From: an uncultured Gammaproteobacteria bacterium | Lineage (GTDB): Bacteria; Patescibacteriota; Microgenomatia; CAZTEW01 | Direction of reading: 5' to 3' | Length of the DNA: 63,937 nucleotides | NCBI GenBank assembly: GCA_964612215.1 | Contig: CAZTEW010000002.1 | Location: 1-63,937 of the forward strand | Part shown: piece by piece, positions 8,366 through 16,011 of the stretch | How the letters are laid out: each line of letters begins with the position of its first letter | Position numbering within the stretch: position 1 is the first letter of the stretch | Program-made: the position numbers and the translations under genes | The notes under the pieces: model-generated | Told to the model about the DNA's origin: nothing | Database searches by the model: none | The model's input: the letters and a program-made list of their open reading frames with translations, nothing else

Positions 8366-9894
8366 TCAGCGTTCTGATAAGCCAATTCTAAATTTTCCTG
8401 AAAAAAGTCAGTTTTCAGTCTTAAGGGCAACAGCAAGTAATCAATCTCTTGGCTTTTCATCAGCGCCAGCGTCTCTTGATCACCAGCGCTAAAAAAACGT
8501 TTGGCCAGATTTTTTCTATCAGTAAAATTATAGCCCATCACCTCAAGATAATAATTAGCGCCGCAATAATTAAAGCGGCCAGCCAGGGTCACTGGATCTA
8601 AAATCTCGGCCGGCGCCAGAAAAACAGACTGACGGTCTGTTTCTATTTTAATCCAAGCCATCAACTCCCTAGTTGACGCTTCCGGAAAAGAGAGCTGAAA
8701 ATCATTCTTGACGGCCAGGAAATTCAAGCCGCCGGAAAAAGTCAATAGAAAAAAGGTGGTAAAAAATAAAATTTTTCCCACGTTTTCTTGTTTGATTAAC
8801 CAAACAAGAAAAAAGGCAGTATAAAAATTCGCCCCAAGAAAAAATAAATTAAACAACGAGTGATTATGGTCAATCCGAAAACCTAATTGAAACAAATTGC
8901 CAATGATAAACAACGGTAAAAAGCTAAAAAAAATCTGCCGTTGTTTTTTGCCGGCCAGAATCACGCCGGCCGGAATGGTGAAAAGAGCCGCGCCGAAATT
9001 CAGCCACCAGAATTTAAACCACTCCCCTAGTCCATCTACTAAAAAGCCCGGCCGCCAAAAAGGATGAGTTAGGTTCTGGTTTAAAATCTGAAGGCCGTGA
9101 GGTAAAAAAATCAAGCCAGCTGGCAGAAAAACTAGCCAAATTTGCCGCCAACGCCGGAAAAAGATAAAAAGAAAAAACAGGGTTAGGCTACTACTGAAAA
9201 AAATTAAAGTATGGATTCGCGAAGAAAGCCCTAAAATTAAACCCAGACCAACCAACAGCCGCGACGCCAGCGGCTGATCATTAAACAATCGCTTAATAAT
9301 GAAATTAAGAATCGCCAGACTGATGGCCAGGCCGGCAAGCAAATGCCGCTGGTTCAACCAAACATTAGGGGTGAAAAAAATCGAAATCAACGACCCGTCA
9401 AAGGGTCCTTTGTGGAGATAATCTGGCAAAAACCAGAAGTCCCGCCAAGTCGGCCCTTGTTGGAAAAAATCAACAAAACTTAAACTGCTCGAAAAAAGAA
9501 AAAAAGCCACTGATAATATCCCCAACCAAGGATTAAGGCCGAAAATAGTCTGGGAAAGTTTATAAATCAAAAATAAAATCGCGGTGAAAGCGATAACGCT
9601 TAAACCATTAAAAGCATAGTCCAACCGCCAGCCTAATCTCTCTAAGCCGCCGACCACCAGATCAAAATAATAATGATAAGGCAGGGGTTTGCCCGGAAAA
9701 AACGGCGACTCGACTGGAAAATTGTTGCCCCAAGAAAAAGAACGGATTAAAGACAGGTGTAGGCCAAAATCGCCTACCTGATGCCGGGCGATCCGGAACT
9801 GGCCGATCTCCGGCAAATAGCCAAACGACTTATTCATCAGCCAGCAGGAAAAAAGAAAGAAGAAAACCAGCAGCAGAATTTCAAACTTTTTCAC
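8344..9894 (-). CDS. Polytopic membrane protein, family unassigned (possible GT-C)
   Basis: 516 aa, multi-TM, with a soluble C-terminal domain. GTG start. Family not recognised by eye. Confidence 0.5.
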   Translation of the reverse strand: MKKFEILLLVFFFLFSCWLMNKSFGYLPEIGQFRIARHQVGDFGLHLSLIRSFSWGNNFPVESPFFPGKPLPYHYYFDLVVGGLERLGWRLDYAFNGLSVIAFTAILFLIYKLSQTIFGLNPWLGILSVAFFLFSSSLSFVDFFQQGPTWRDFWFLPDYLHKGPFDGSLISIFFTPNVWLNQRHLLAGLAISLAILNFIIKRLFNDQPLASRLLVGLGLILGLSSRIHTLIFFSSSLTLFFLFIFFRRWRQIWLVFLPAGLIFLPHGLQILNQNLTHPFWRPGFLVDGLGEWFKFWWLNFGAALFTIPAGVILAGKKQRQIFFSFLPLFIIGNLFQLGFRIDHNHSLFNLFFLGANFYTAFFLVWLIKQENVGKILFFTTFFLLTFSGGLNFLAVKNDFQLSFPEASTRELMAWIKIETDRQSVFLAPAEILDPVTLAGRFNYCGANYYLEVMGYNFTDRKNLAKRFFSAGDQETLALMKSQEIDYLLLPLRLKTDFFQENLELAYQNADWLVFRL

Positions 9895-10996
9895 GGAAAA
9901 AAATAGATAAAAATTTAATTAAGATTAAATAAAGAAACGGCAGGATGGGCAAAAGATAGCGGATGTTGGCTTGGCCAAAAGAAATAAAAAGGCTGTAAAT
10001 CAAAAACCAAAAAAGAATTAGTTCTAGCTTTTCGTCTTTTATTTTTTTTAACCAGTAAATAAGAGCAAACACAAAAGCAAAAGTAAATAAGATGGGTAAG
10101 CCAAACCACCATTGAGGGTCGCTAATAATCGCCCGATCAGCCCACCAGGTTTGCCAGCGATTAAAATAAATCAAGGGCCAAATCGTCCCGATTGAGGTTA
10201 ATTTACCCTGATGAAACCAAAGAATCCATTTCTGAATGCTCAAAGCCTTTAAAGGATTTGGTTCTTCTAATAAAACTCTTAAATAACTCAAGCTTAAAAC
10301 GAGATAAGTCGATAACCCCACCCAAAAGACCAAAGAAAAAGTCTGTTGCCATCTTTTTTTGACGAGCAAAAAAAGCACCCAGCTAACAAAAATCACCAAA
10401 GCGGTAATAAAAAACATCACTGACGCAGTAATTCCTAAGCTTAAAGAAGCTAAAACAAGATCTTTTCTTTTTTTAGTTTTCAGCCATTGAATGAAGAAAA
10501 AGAAAGAAAAAAGAATAAAACAAAGCTGAAAGATACTAAGCACCGGTGGATAACGTAATTGATTTGAAAATAGTTTTTCAAAGCTAAAAAGCAAGGTCGT
10601 AACCAGAGCCAAATTAAAATTTTTTAAAATTAGCCTAGCGAGAAGAAAAAAAGCCAAAAGAGTTAAATAAAAAAAGAAATAGGTCGCTATTCTCGTGTTC
10701 TGGAAAAAAAGCACGGAGAGCGACAAAAAATATTTTCCCAAGGGCGGATGTTCTGGATTAACTAAAATGGGATTGCCGCCACGGAGATAATAACCAGCGC
10801 AAAAATTGTAAAGGGCATTGTCCGGCATCACCCCCTCAGGGTTTTCCACCATATATTGAGAACTGTAATAAGCTCTTGCCATTCTTTCATAGTCATAGTC
10901 CCTCTTAAATAACTCCTTCATTGGCGGCGTGACTTGAATTAGCCGACCAACAAGCAAAATAAGAAAAATTACTGTTAACCAATTCTTTTTAAGCAT
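9881..10996 (-). CDS. PMT/GT39-like membrane glycosyltransferase
   Basis: 371 aa, polytopic. The EHPPLGKYFLSL motif resembles the HPPLGK loop motif of protein O-mannosyltransferases. Confidence 0.6.
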   Translation of the reverse strand: MLKKNWLTVIFLILLVGRLIQVTPPMKELFKRDYDYERMARAYYSSQYMVENPEGVMPDNALYNFCAGYYLRGGNPILVNPEHPPLGKYFLSLSVLFFQNTRIATYFFFYLTLLAFFLLARLILKNFNLALVTTLLFSFEKLFSNQLRYPPVLSIFQLCFILFSFFFFIQWLKTKKRKDLVLASLSLGITASVMFFITALVIFVSWVLFLLVKKRWQQTFSLVFWVGLSTYLVLSLSYLRVLLEEPNPLKALSIQKWILWFHQGKLTSIGTIWPLIYFNRWQTWWADRAIISDPQWWFGLPILFTFAFVFALIYWLKKIKDEKLELILFWFLIYSLFISFGQANIRYLLPILPFLYLILIKFLSIFFREKV

Positions 10997-12138
10997 CTTT
11001 TTAATTGCCAGTAAGCTAGTGCCAACAACGGCGGCAGAAAGCTGACTATTTTTTTAATTAACGGTGTTGTCCCTGCCCAGCTGGCAGTATAAAGAAAAGG
11101 AGTTAAGCGGAACATCAAGCCAAACGAAAAAGCAAGAATAATCGCCACCAATAACTCGCTGGCTGGCAATAAAGCCGCAAAAGTCAGCGGCCAAATCAAG
11201 TACCAAGCGTAAATTTCTTCGCGCAAAGGCGACAGGAGGAAAACCAGCATCATACTTAAGGCTGACCAGCGCCAAACCACCGGCCAGTTAATTTTTCGGC
11301 GCTGACACTCCTGCCTGCCGGCAGGCAGGGTCTGCCAGGCCGTCCAGATAAACATCGGCAACAAAAATAAAGTGGCAAACTTAATCAAAATCGAAGAGAA
11401 CAAGCTGGCCACAGCTAAACAGAAACGCCTTTTTTTCAAAAGATAAAAAGCTGCCAAGGCCAAAGCCATCATCACGACATCATTATGACCGTCAACCAGA
11501 GTTTGCACCGTTACCAAAGGATTAAGACCAAAAAAAGCCAGCGTCCACAGCCGGTGACCGCTTAGTTGCCAAATCAGCCAACAAAGAAGAAAATAAAAAA
11601 CGATTACTAAAAGCTTAAAGGTGAAAATCGTTAAAAATAAATGGCCGGCGCCGAGAAAATGAGGCAAAGCCGTCAATAAAATCCAAAATGGCCCATAAAG
11701 AGCGGTTTTATTAGCGGCGTGCATAAATTTCAACATTGGTTCGTTGGAAATTTCGATGGGCATAATCAAATAAGGATTTTCGCGGTAAAGAAAACCCACC
11801 CGGGCGGTGGCCATATAATTGAAAATATCATAAGAAAAAGCCGGGTAGCTGAAAAAAAGAATGATTGTCGTTAGGAAAATCAGACGCCAGACCGCCTGAC
11901 TGGTCAGTTTTTTTTGCTTAACCAGCCGGAGAATCTGCCAATAAAGCAGGAAAGCAAAAACAATCAAAAAGCTGTAAATCGCGGTCATCAGCAACCGGCG
12001 AGAAAAAAGAAACGCCTCCAGAGCCGGCCAGTGTGGAAAAGGCGAACTGGAATTAACAAAGCCATATGAATAAACGACAAATGACAAATGACAAATGACA
12101 AATAAAAGATAAAAAATCTGTTTTCTAAATTTTCTCAC
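10975..12138 (-). CDS. GT87/DUF2029-like membrane glycosyltransferase (paralogue of 48037-49194)
   Basis: 387 aa. ALYGPFWILL and GHNDVVMMALALAAFYLLKK motifs are shared with the 48037 ORF. GTG start. Confidence 0.6.
   Translation of the reverse strand: MRKFRKQIFYLLFVICHLSFVVYSYGFVNSSSPFPHWPALEAFLFSRRLLMTAIYSFLIVFAFLLYWQILRLVKQKKLTSQAVWRLIFLTTIILFFSYPAFSYDIFNYMATARVGFLYRENPYLIMPIEISNEPMLKFMHAANKTALYGPFWILLTALPHFLGAGHLFLTIFTFKLLVIVFYFLLCWLIWQLSGHRLWTLAFFGLNPLVTVQTLVDGHNDVVMMALALAAFYLLKKRRFCLAVASLFSSILIKFATLFLLPMFIWTAWQTLPAGRQECQRRKINWPVVWRWSALSMMLVFLLSPLREEIYAWYLIWPLTFAALLPASELLVAIILAFSFGLMFRLTPFLYTASWAGTTPLIKKIVSFLPPLLALAYWQLKRCLKRIG
11310..11329. repeat. Perfect 20-nt GC-rich palindrome inside a CDS
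   Basis: CCTGCCTGCCGGCAGGCAGG. Encodes LPAGRQ in a loop. Confidence 0.85.
12076..12103. repeat. Perfect heptanucleotide tandem repeat (GACAAAT) x4 inside a CDS
   Basis: Four exact units. Encodes FVICHLSFV in the first TM helix of the GT87-like protein. Confidence 0.9.
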
Positions 12139-12652
12139 GAATGTTTTTAGCTTGGTCTAATAATTGATGAATTTTTAATTCCTCAGCGGCTTGCTTTTCC
12201 GGCTGCCAGAGAATTTCTTCAGGCAGTTCTTGGCGCAATTTATTCAACACCGCTTGATGCTTGCTAGCGGCAGCCTGAAAAATCTCTTTTTTCTGGCTGG
12301 CATCTATTTGCTGCCAATGAAAATTGGATTTTTCCAGGGCCCGCTCGGCCAGGAGATATTGCTCGTACTCAAAAAGAGTTTTTGCTTCCACTAAATATTT
12401 ATTTGCCATTTTCAGGTGATATTTAAACTGAGCCAGGTTGCCAAAAGACCAGTATTCCTGAAATTTTTCCCAAACCTGCCGGAGCCGATAAAGCTTATGT
12501 CCGGGCATGTAAGAAGGGTAAGGCAAAACATCGCCTGAAGCATTCGCTTCAGGAATGATCAATAACCAATAACCAATAACCAATAATAAAGACAAAAAAA
12601 TAATTTTAAATTTAAAATTATTCATTGCTTTCGGGCAACAACGCCAATGCAC
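12125..12652 (-). CDS. Secreted or anchored helical protein, DUF5667-like
   Basis: N-terminal hydrophobic helix followed by YMPGHKLYRLRQVWEKFQEYW...YLVEAKTLFE. The likely start is ATG at 12625, which forms an ATGA overlap with the methyltransferase stop. Confidence 0.55.
   Translation of the reverse strand: MHWRCCPKAMNNFKFKIIFLSLLLVIGYWLLIIPEANASGDVLPYPSYMPGHKLYRLRQVWEKFQEYWSFGNLAQFKYHLKMANKYLVEAKTLFEYEQYLLAERALEKSNFHWQQIDASQKKEIFQAAASKHQAVLNKLRQELPEEILWQPEKQAAEELKIHQLLDQAKNIREKI
12554..12588. repeat. Period-7 tandem repeat (AATAACC) x3 plus 2 imperfect units inside a CDS
   Basis: aatgatc aataacc aataacc aataacc aataata. Encodes the signal/TM segment LLVIGYWLLII. Confidence 0.85.
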
Positions 12653-13332
12653 CAGTTAAGATATAGTTTCAGACGGGTTTTTTCTATTTTTTGCCAAAAT
12701 TTTTCATACCAAGAACCCATCCGCAAATAACGGAGTTGGTGAAGCTTGCCATAATAGCCCCAACCGTAACTTTTTAAAATTTTAAAGCCAGCGCCTCTGA
12801 TTAAATTTTCCAACTCTGAAATCGAATATTCCCTTTCCCAACCGGCGAACCATTTTTTTCTTAAAATTAACCAATGCTTTTTAAGAGTATAAGTGGTAAA
12901 GCGCTGGGGCACATCGACCACTAAAATAGCTTCCTTTTTTAAAACCCGTCTTTGTTCCTTTAAAAAAGTCATCGGATCATGAAAATGTTCTAAAAAGCCC
13001 TGATGAAAAACAATATCAAAAGTTTCACTCTTAAAAGGAATTTGTTTAGCATCAGCTAAAATCGTTTCCAGCCTGATTTTTTCTTTTTGAGCATTCCCCC
13101 GTATTGCTTCCAGGGCCTTGGGACTATTATCTAAAACTGTCACCCTGGCTTCTTTTTTAGCCAGATAAAAGCTGTCGCCGCCCATGCCGGCGCCAATCTC
13201 TAAAATCTTTTTGTTTTTTATTGCAATAACGGCCATTAAATTTTTCAATAATTCTCTATGAATGACTCGGGGTTGGTGATTTTCAGAAGCCCAGTATTTT
13301 TCCCAAACCTGGCGATCATTTTTTCTTGGCAT
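12622..13332 (-). CDS. Class I SAM-dependent methyltransferase
   Basis: 236 aa. Motif I ILEIGAGMGGDSFYLAKK, then VTVLDNS and DIVFHQGFLEH. Confidence 0.8.
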   Translation of the reverse strand: MPRKNDRQVWEKYWASENHQPRVIHRELLKNLMAVIAIKNKKILEIGAGMGGDSFYLAKKEARVTVLDNSPKALEAIRGNAQKEKIRLETILADAKQIPFKSETFDIVFHQGFLEHFHDPMTFLKEQRRVLKKEAILVVDVPQRFTTYTLKKHWLILRKKWFAGWEREYSISELENLIRGAGFKILKSYGWGYYGKLHQLRYLRMGSWYEKFWQKIEKTRLKLYLNWCIGVVARKQ

Positions 13333-14164
13333 TTTTCAATTCCCAGAATTTAAGATAAGCACTCGCCTCAAGCAAGCCGGAAAACAAAGCAAAAATAAAG
13401 CCTAAAAAGCCGTCTAAAAATCCTTTATTGACAAAATAAACCTTGAGAAAGGTCTGCATCGGGACGATCAGTAAATAGCGAAAGCTGTTAAAAAAATTCG
13501 GAGTCAGAGAAGAACGCCAGTGCTCTTGGGCGCGGAGCGAAGAATAAGTATTAAACTTTTTAAGATATTCAGAAAAAGTCGGAAAAGGATAATGGAGTAA
13601 ATGACCCTTTAAATAACCGGTTTTGCCTTTTCCGCCAGAGGCGGATCCGCCTTTGGCGGAGACGACCATCTGTTCATGAACTGATTTGCAGGGCAAATAT
13701 GCTTGGCCGCGTTTTAAGAGGCGGATAACCGCATCCGGATACTGGCCGCCTTTTTTCAACCACCGGCCCAGAAAAAAATTCTTTCGGGGCAGATAATAGG
13801 CCGCTGGCGCGTCCTTTTGCCATGTCCGGCCGGCAATTTCCCTAATTTCTTGAGCCAGTTGCTGATCAACCACTTCATCCGCATCCAACTGGAGAATCCA
13901 ATCGCCTTTGGCCTGATCAATCGCTATTTGTTTATTGATGTGAAAAATGGGTTTATTGGTCGTCACGATAACCTTGGCGCCGTATTTTTTAGCCACTTTG
14001 ACGGTCTGGTCAATTGATTGGCCATCAACCACAATAATCTCATCCGCCAGCTGGCGGACCGCCTCCAAACACGCACCGAGGTTTTTTTCCTCATTAAAGG
14101 TTGCGAGAACAACGCTAATTTTAGATTTCATTTCTTTTGGCGCTTCACGAAAACTTCTTTGCAA
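13316..14164 (-). CDS. GT2-family glycosyltransferase (paralogue of 38591 and 40903)
   Basis: ISVVLATFNEEKNL, IIVVDGQSIDQT and LDADE motifs. The likely start is ATG at 14131, which forms an ATGA overlap with the small upstream ORF. Confidence 0.8.
   Translation of the reverse strand: MQRSFREAPKEMKSKISVVLATFNEEKNLGACLEAVRQLADEIIVVDGQSIDQTVKVAKKYGAKVIVTTNKPIFHINKQIAIDQAKGDWILQLDADEVVDQQLAQEIREIAGRTWQKDAPAAYYLPRKNFFLGRWLKKGGQYPDAVIRLLKRGQAYLPCKSVHEQMVVSAKGGSASGGKGKTGYLKGHLLHYPFPTFSEYLKKFNTYSSLRAQEHWRSSLTPNFFNSFRYLLIVPMQTFLKVYFVNKGFLDGFLGFIFALFSGLLEASAYLKFWELKNAKKK
13632..13660. repeat. Type-3 palindromic micro-insertion in a GT2 gene
   Basis: CCGCCAGAGGCGGATCCGCCTTTGGCGGA. Encodes SAKGGSASGG, which is absent from the two GT2 paralogues at the same position. 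Confidence 0.8.
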
Positions 14165-14370
14165 AAACTACAGACCGGCCAGCTGGCGTCTGGAAAAGCA
14201 TCGTGACAAACCATTTCTATTTCTTTTCGTCCTCGTTGCCCTACCTGCAGAAAACCTGGACAGTAGGACCGCGCACAACCCAAGCTTATTCTTGTCGCCG
14301 CCACAATTTCTTCGTTCTTTAAACCACCAACTTCTTGAGGATTCGTAATGATGAACTGTCTTTCGCTCAT
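14128..14370 (-). CDS. Small Cys-rich hypothetical protein (80 aa)
   Basis: Fills the gap between two genes. Its TGA overlaps the ATG at 14131 of the GT2 gene (ATGA). Contains five Cys, including CxxxxC and CxxC pairs. No family recognised. Confidence 0.4.
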   Translation of the reverse strand: MSERQFIITNPQEVGGLKNEEIVAATRISLGCARSYCPGFLQVGQRGRKEIEMVCHDAFPDASWPVCSFCKEVFVKRQKK

Positions 14371-14385
14371 GATTATTTCTTCTTA

Positions 14386-16011
14386 TTATAATCTAAATAG
14401 TGCCAATAAGCTTATTAAGCTTCCCAGGGAAATTAAATCGGCAAACAGACGCAATCTAGTCTCTCGAAAAACAACTTCAATTTGATGTTCGCCCGCCGAT
14501 GAGGCGGGTATCCAGAAAGTCATAATTCCCCGGTAATTCGGGTCTTGAAATTCAATCTCTACTGGTTGGTTATCAACTAAGACTTTCCAGCCGGGAAAAT
14601 AAAGAGTGTTTTCCGCGATTCTCGTTTTTTCGCCTGCTTTAACCTGGTAAAGGTGGCGGTTGGTCAACCGTTTAATTTCTTTTATTTCGGCCTGGCCTTC
14701 AATCACCTCGATCGGTACCCCCGCAAACTGTTCCATAAAACGGATTGACCAGCGAGGAGAACTTTCACCGGTATCATTGGTCGTGCCCTCTGTAAACTGA
14801 GTATAAAAAGCTTCGTCCCGGTAAAGAAAGCCTTCTGGCCGATAAAAGTTTTTATTAAACCATAAAGCCAAACCCAGGAAAATCATTAAAACCACTGTCT
14901 GTTTTTTTTGGGGCAAAGAGGCAATAACAGCCCCAGCGAAAATCCCTGGCGGCAAAACCGCCAAAGAGAGAAAACGCCAGGCAAACTGGAATTTGCGGAG
15001 TAAACCGACTCGATCATAAACAAAACCAGAAGCTGGCAGAATCAGAAAGATCGCCAGCCAAAAACAGACAAACATCAGTGATAAAAACAGCCATTCTTTT
15101 TGTTTGTTTTTAAAAAACCGCCAAATCAAAAAGGGAGCGATGATTACCATCAGCCACTGTAAAATTCCCAGCTGAACGCTGAACTGACCGGTAATGCCGT
15201 AATTCCAATCAGACCAGATTAACCGAGAAAATGGTTCAAAGCCGCCGAAAAATCCTTTCATAACAATATCTCTTAAAGTGTACTTGGCTTCAAAAAAGGC
15301 CGGCACCCAGAAAAAAACCGACAGAGAAAAACCCAGAATCACGAATAATGAATTATGAATCATGAATTTAAATTTTTGAGATCGCGGCAATGTTAAAAAT
15401 AAAAAGGCGATATAGCTAAAAATCACTACCAGGAACATTAAGCTCAAAGCATTATGAGATAAAATCAAACCGGCTAAAGACAGGCTGGCAACGGCTAAAT
15501 AGCGGTATTTAAACTGCCGGCTTAATTTCAAAAGAAAGTAACAGATTAATGGCGGCCAGAGAAAAGCCGTGCATTCGCCGATGGCGCCCCGAACATAAAG
15601 GTCAACAAAACGATAAGGAGCAAACAAATAAATCAAGCCGGCGGCCCCGCCAGCTGGCGGGCCCCAAATTTCCTTAATCCAGAAATACATAAAAAGACCC
15701 GAGAGAATAAAACCCAGAACAAAAACCAGTTTGGTGCTGAAGACAAAAGAAAAACCGAGAAAGTGAAAAAATGACCCTAAATAACTGGAAAGCGGATAAA
15801 AAAACATTAAAACCGGGTGACCGTAACGCCGGTTTAAGTTGCCGGCCCAGCGGGGCACCAGATTCCCCTCGGACAACGACTGGTAAAAGCTGGCAATCCT
15901 GACCACATGATCTCTACCGTCATGAGTTAACGGCAACCCCGGCCGGAAAAAATCCAAGAGCGGTATCAAAGAAACAAGAATCAATAAAAAGAAAAGGTTT
16001 TTATTCCTCAT
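14386..16011 (-). CDS. Family A polytopic membrane protein, putative GT-C glycosyltransferase
   Basis: 541 aa. THDGRDHVVRI, FFWVPAF and LYFPGWKVLV motifs, plus a C-terminal TM anchor. Confidence 0.7.
   Translation of the reverse strand: MRNKNLFFLLILVSLIPLLDFFRPGLPLTHDGRDHVVRIASFYQSLSEGNLVPRWAGNLNRRYGHPVLMFFYPLSSYLGSFFHFLGFSFVFSTKLVFVLGFILSGLFMYFWIKEIWGPPAGGAAGLIYLFAPYRFVDLYVRGAIGECTAFLWPPLICYFLLKLSRQFKYRYLAVASLSLAGLILSHNALSLMFLVVIFSYIAFLFLTLPRSQKFKFMIHNSLFVILGFSLSVFFWVPAFFEAKYTLRDIVMKGFFGGFEPFSRLIWSDWNYGITGQFSVQLGILQWLMVIIAPFLIWRFFKNKQKEWLFLSLMFVCFWLAIFLILPASGFVYDRVGLLRKFQFAWRFLSLAVLPPGIFAGAVIASLPQKKQTVVLMIFLGLALWFNKNFYRPEGFLYRDEAFYTQFTEGTTNDTGESSPRWSIRFMEQFAGVPIEVIEGQAEIKEIKRLTNRHLYQVKAGEKTRIAENTLYFPGWKVLVDNQPVEIEFQDPNYRGIMTFWIPASSAGEHQIEVVFRETRLRLFADLISLGSLISLLALFRL
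14490..14510. repeat. Type-4 GC hairpin (CCCGCC-GATGA-GGCGGG) in frame
   Basis: Encodes PASSAGEH. Paralogues lacking it read P(A/D)GEH. Confidence 0.7.
15344..15371. repeat. Imperfect period-7 repeat (AATAATG/AATTATG/AATCATG/AATTTAA) inside a CDS
   Basis: Encodes KFKFMIHNSLF just upstream of the FFWVPAF motif. Confidence 0.7.
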
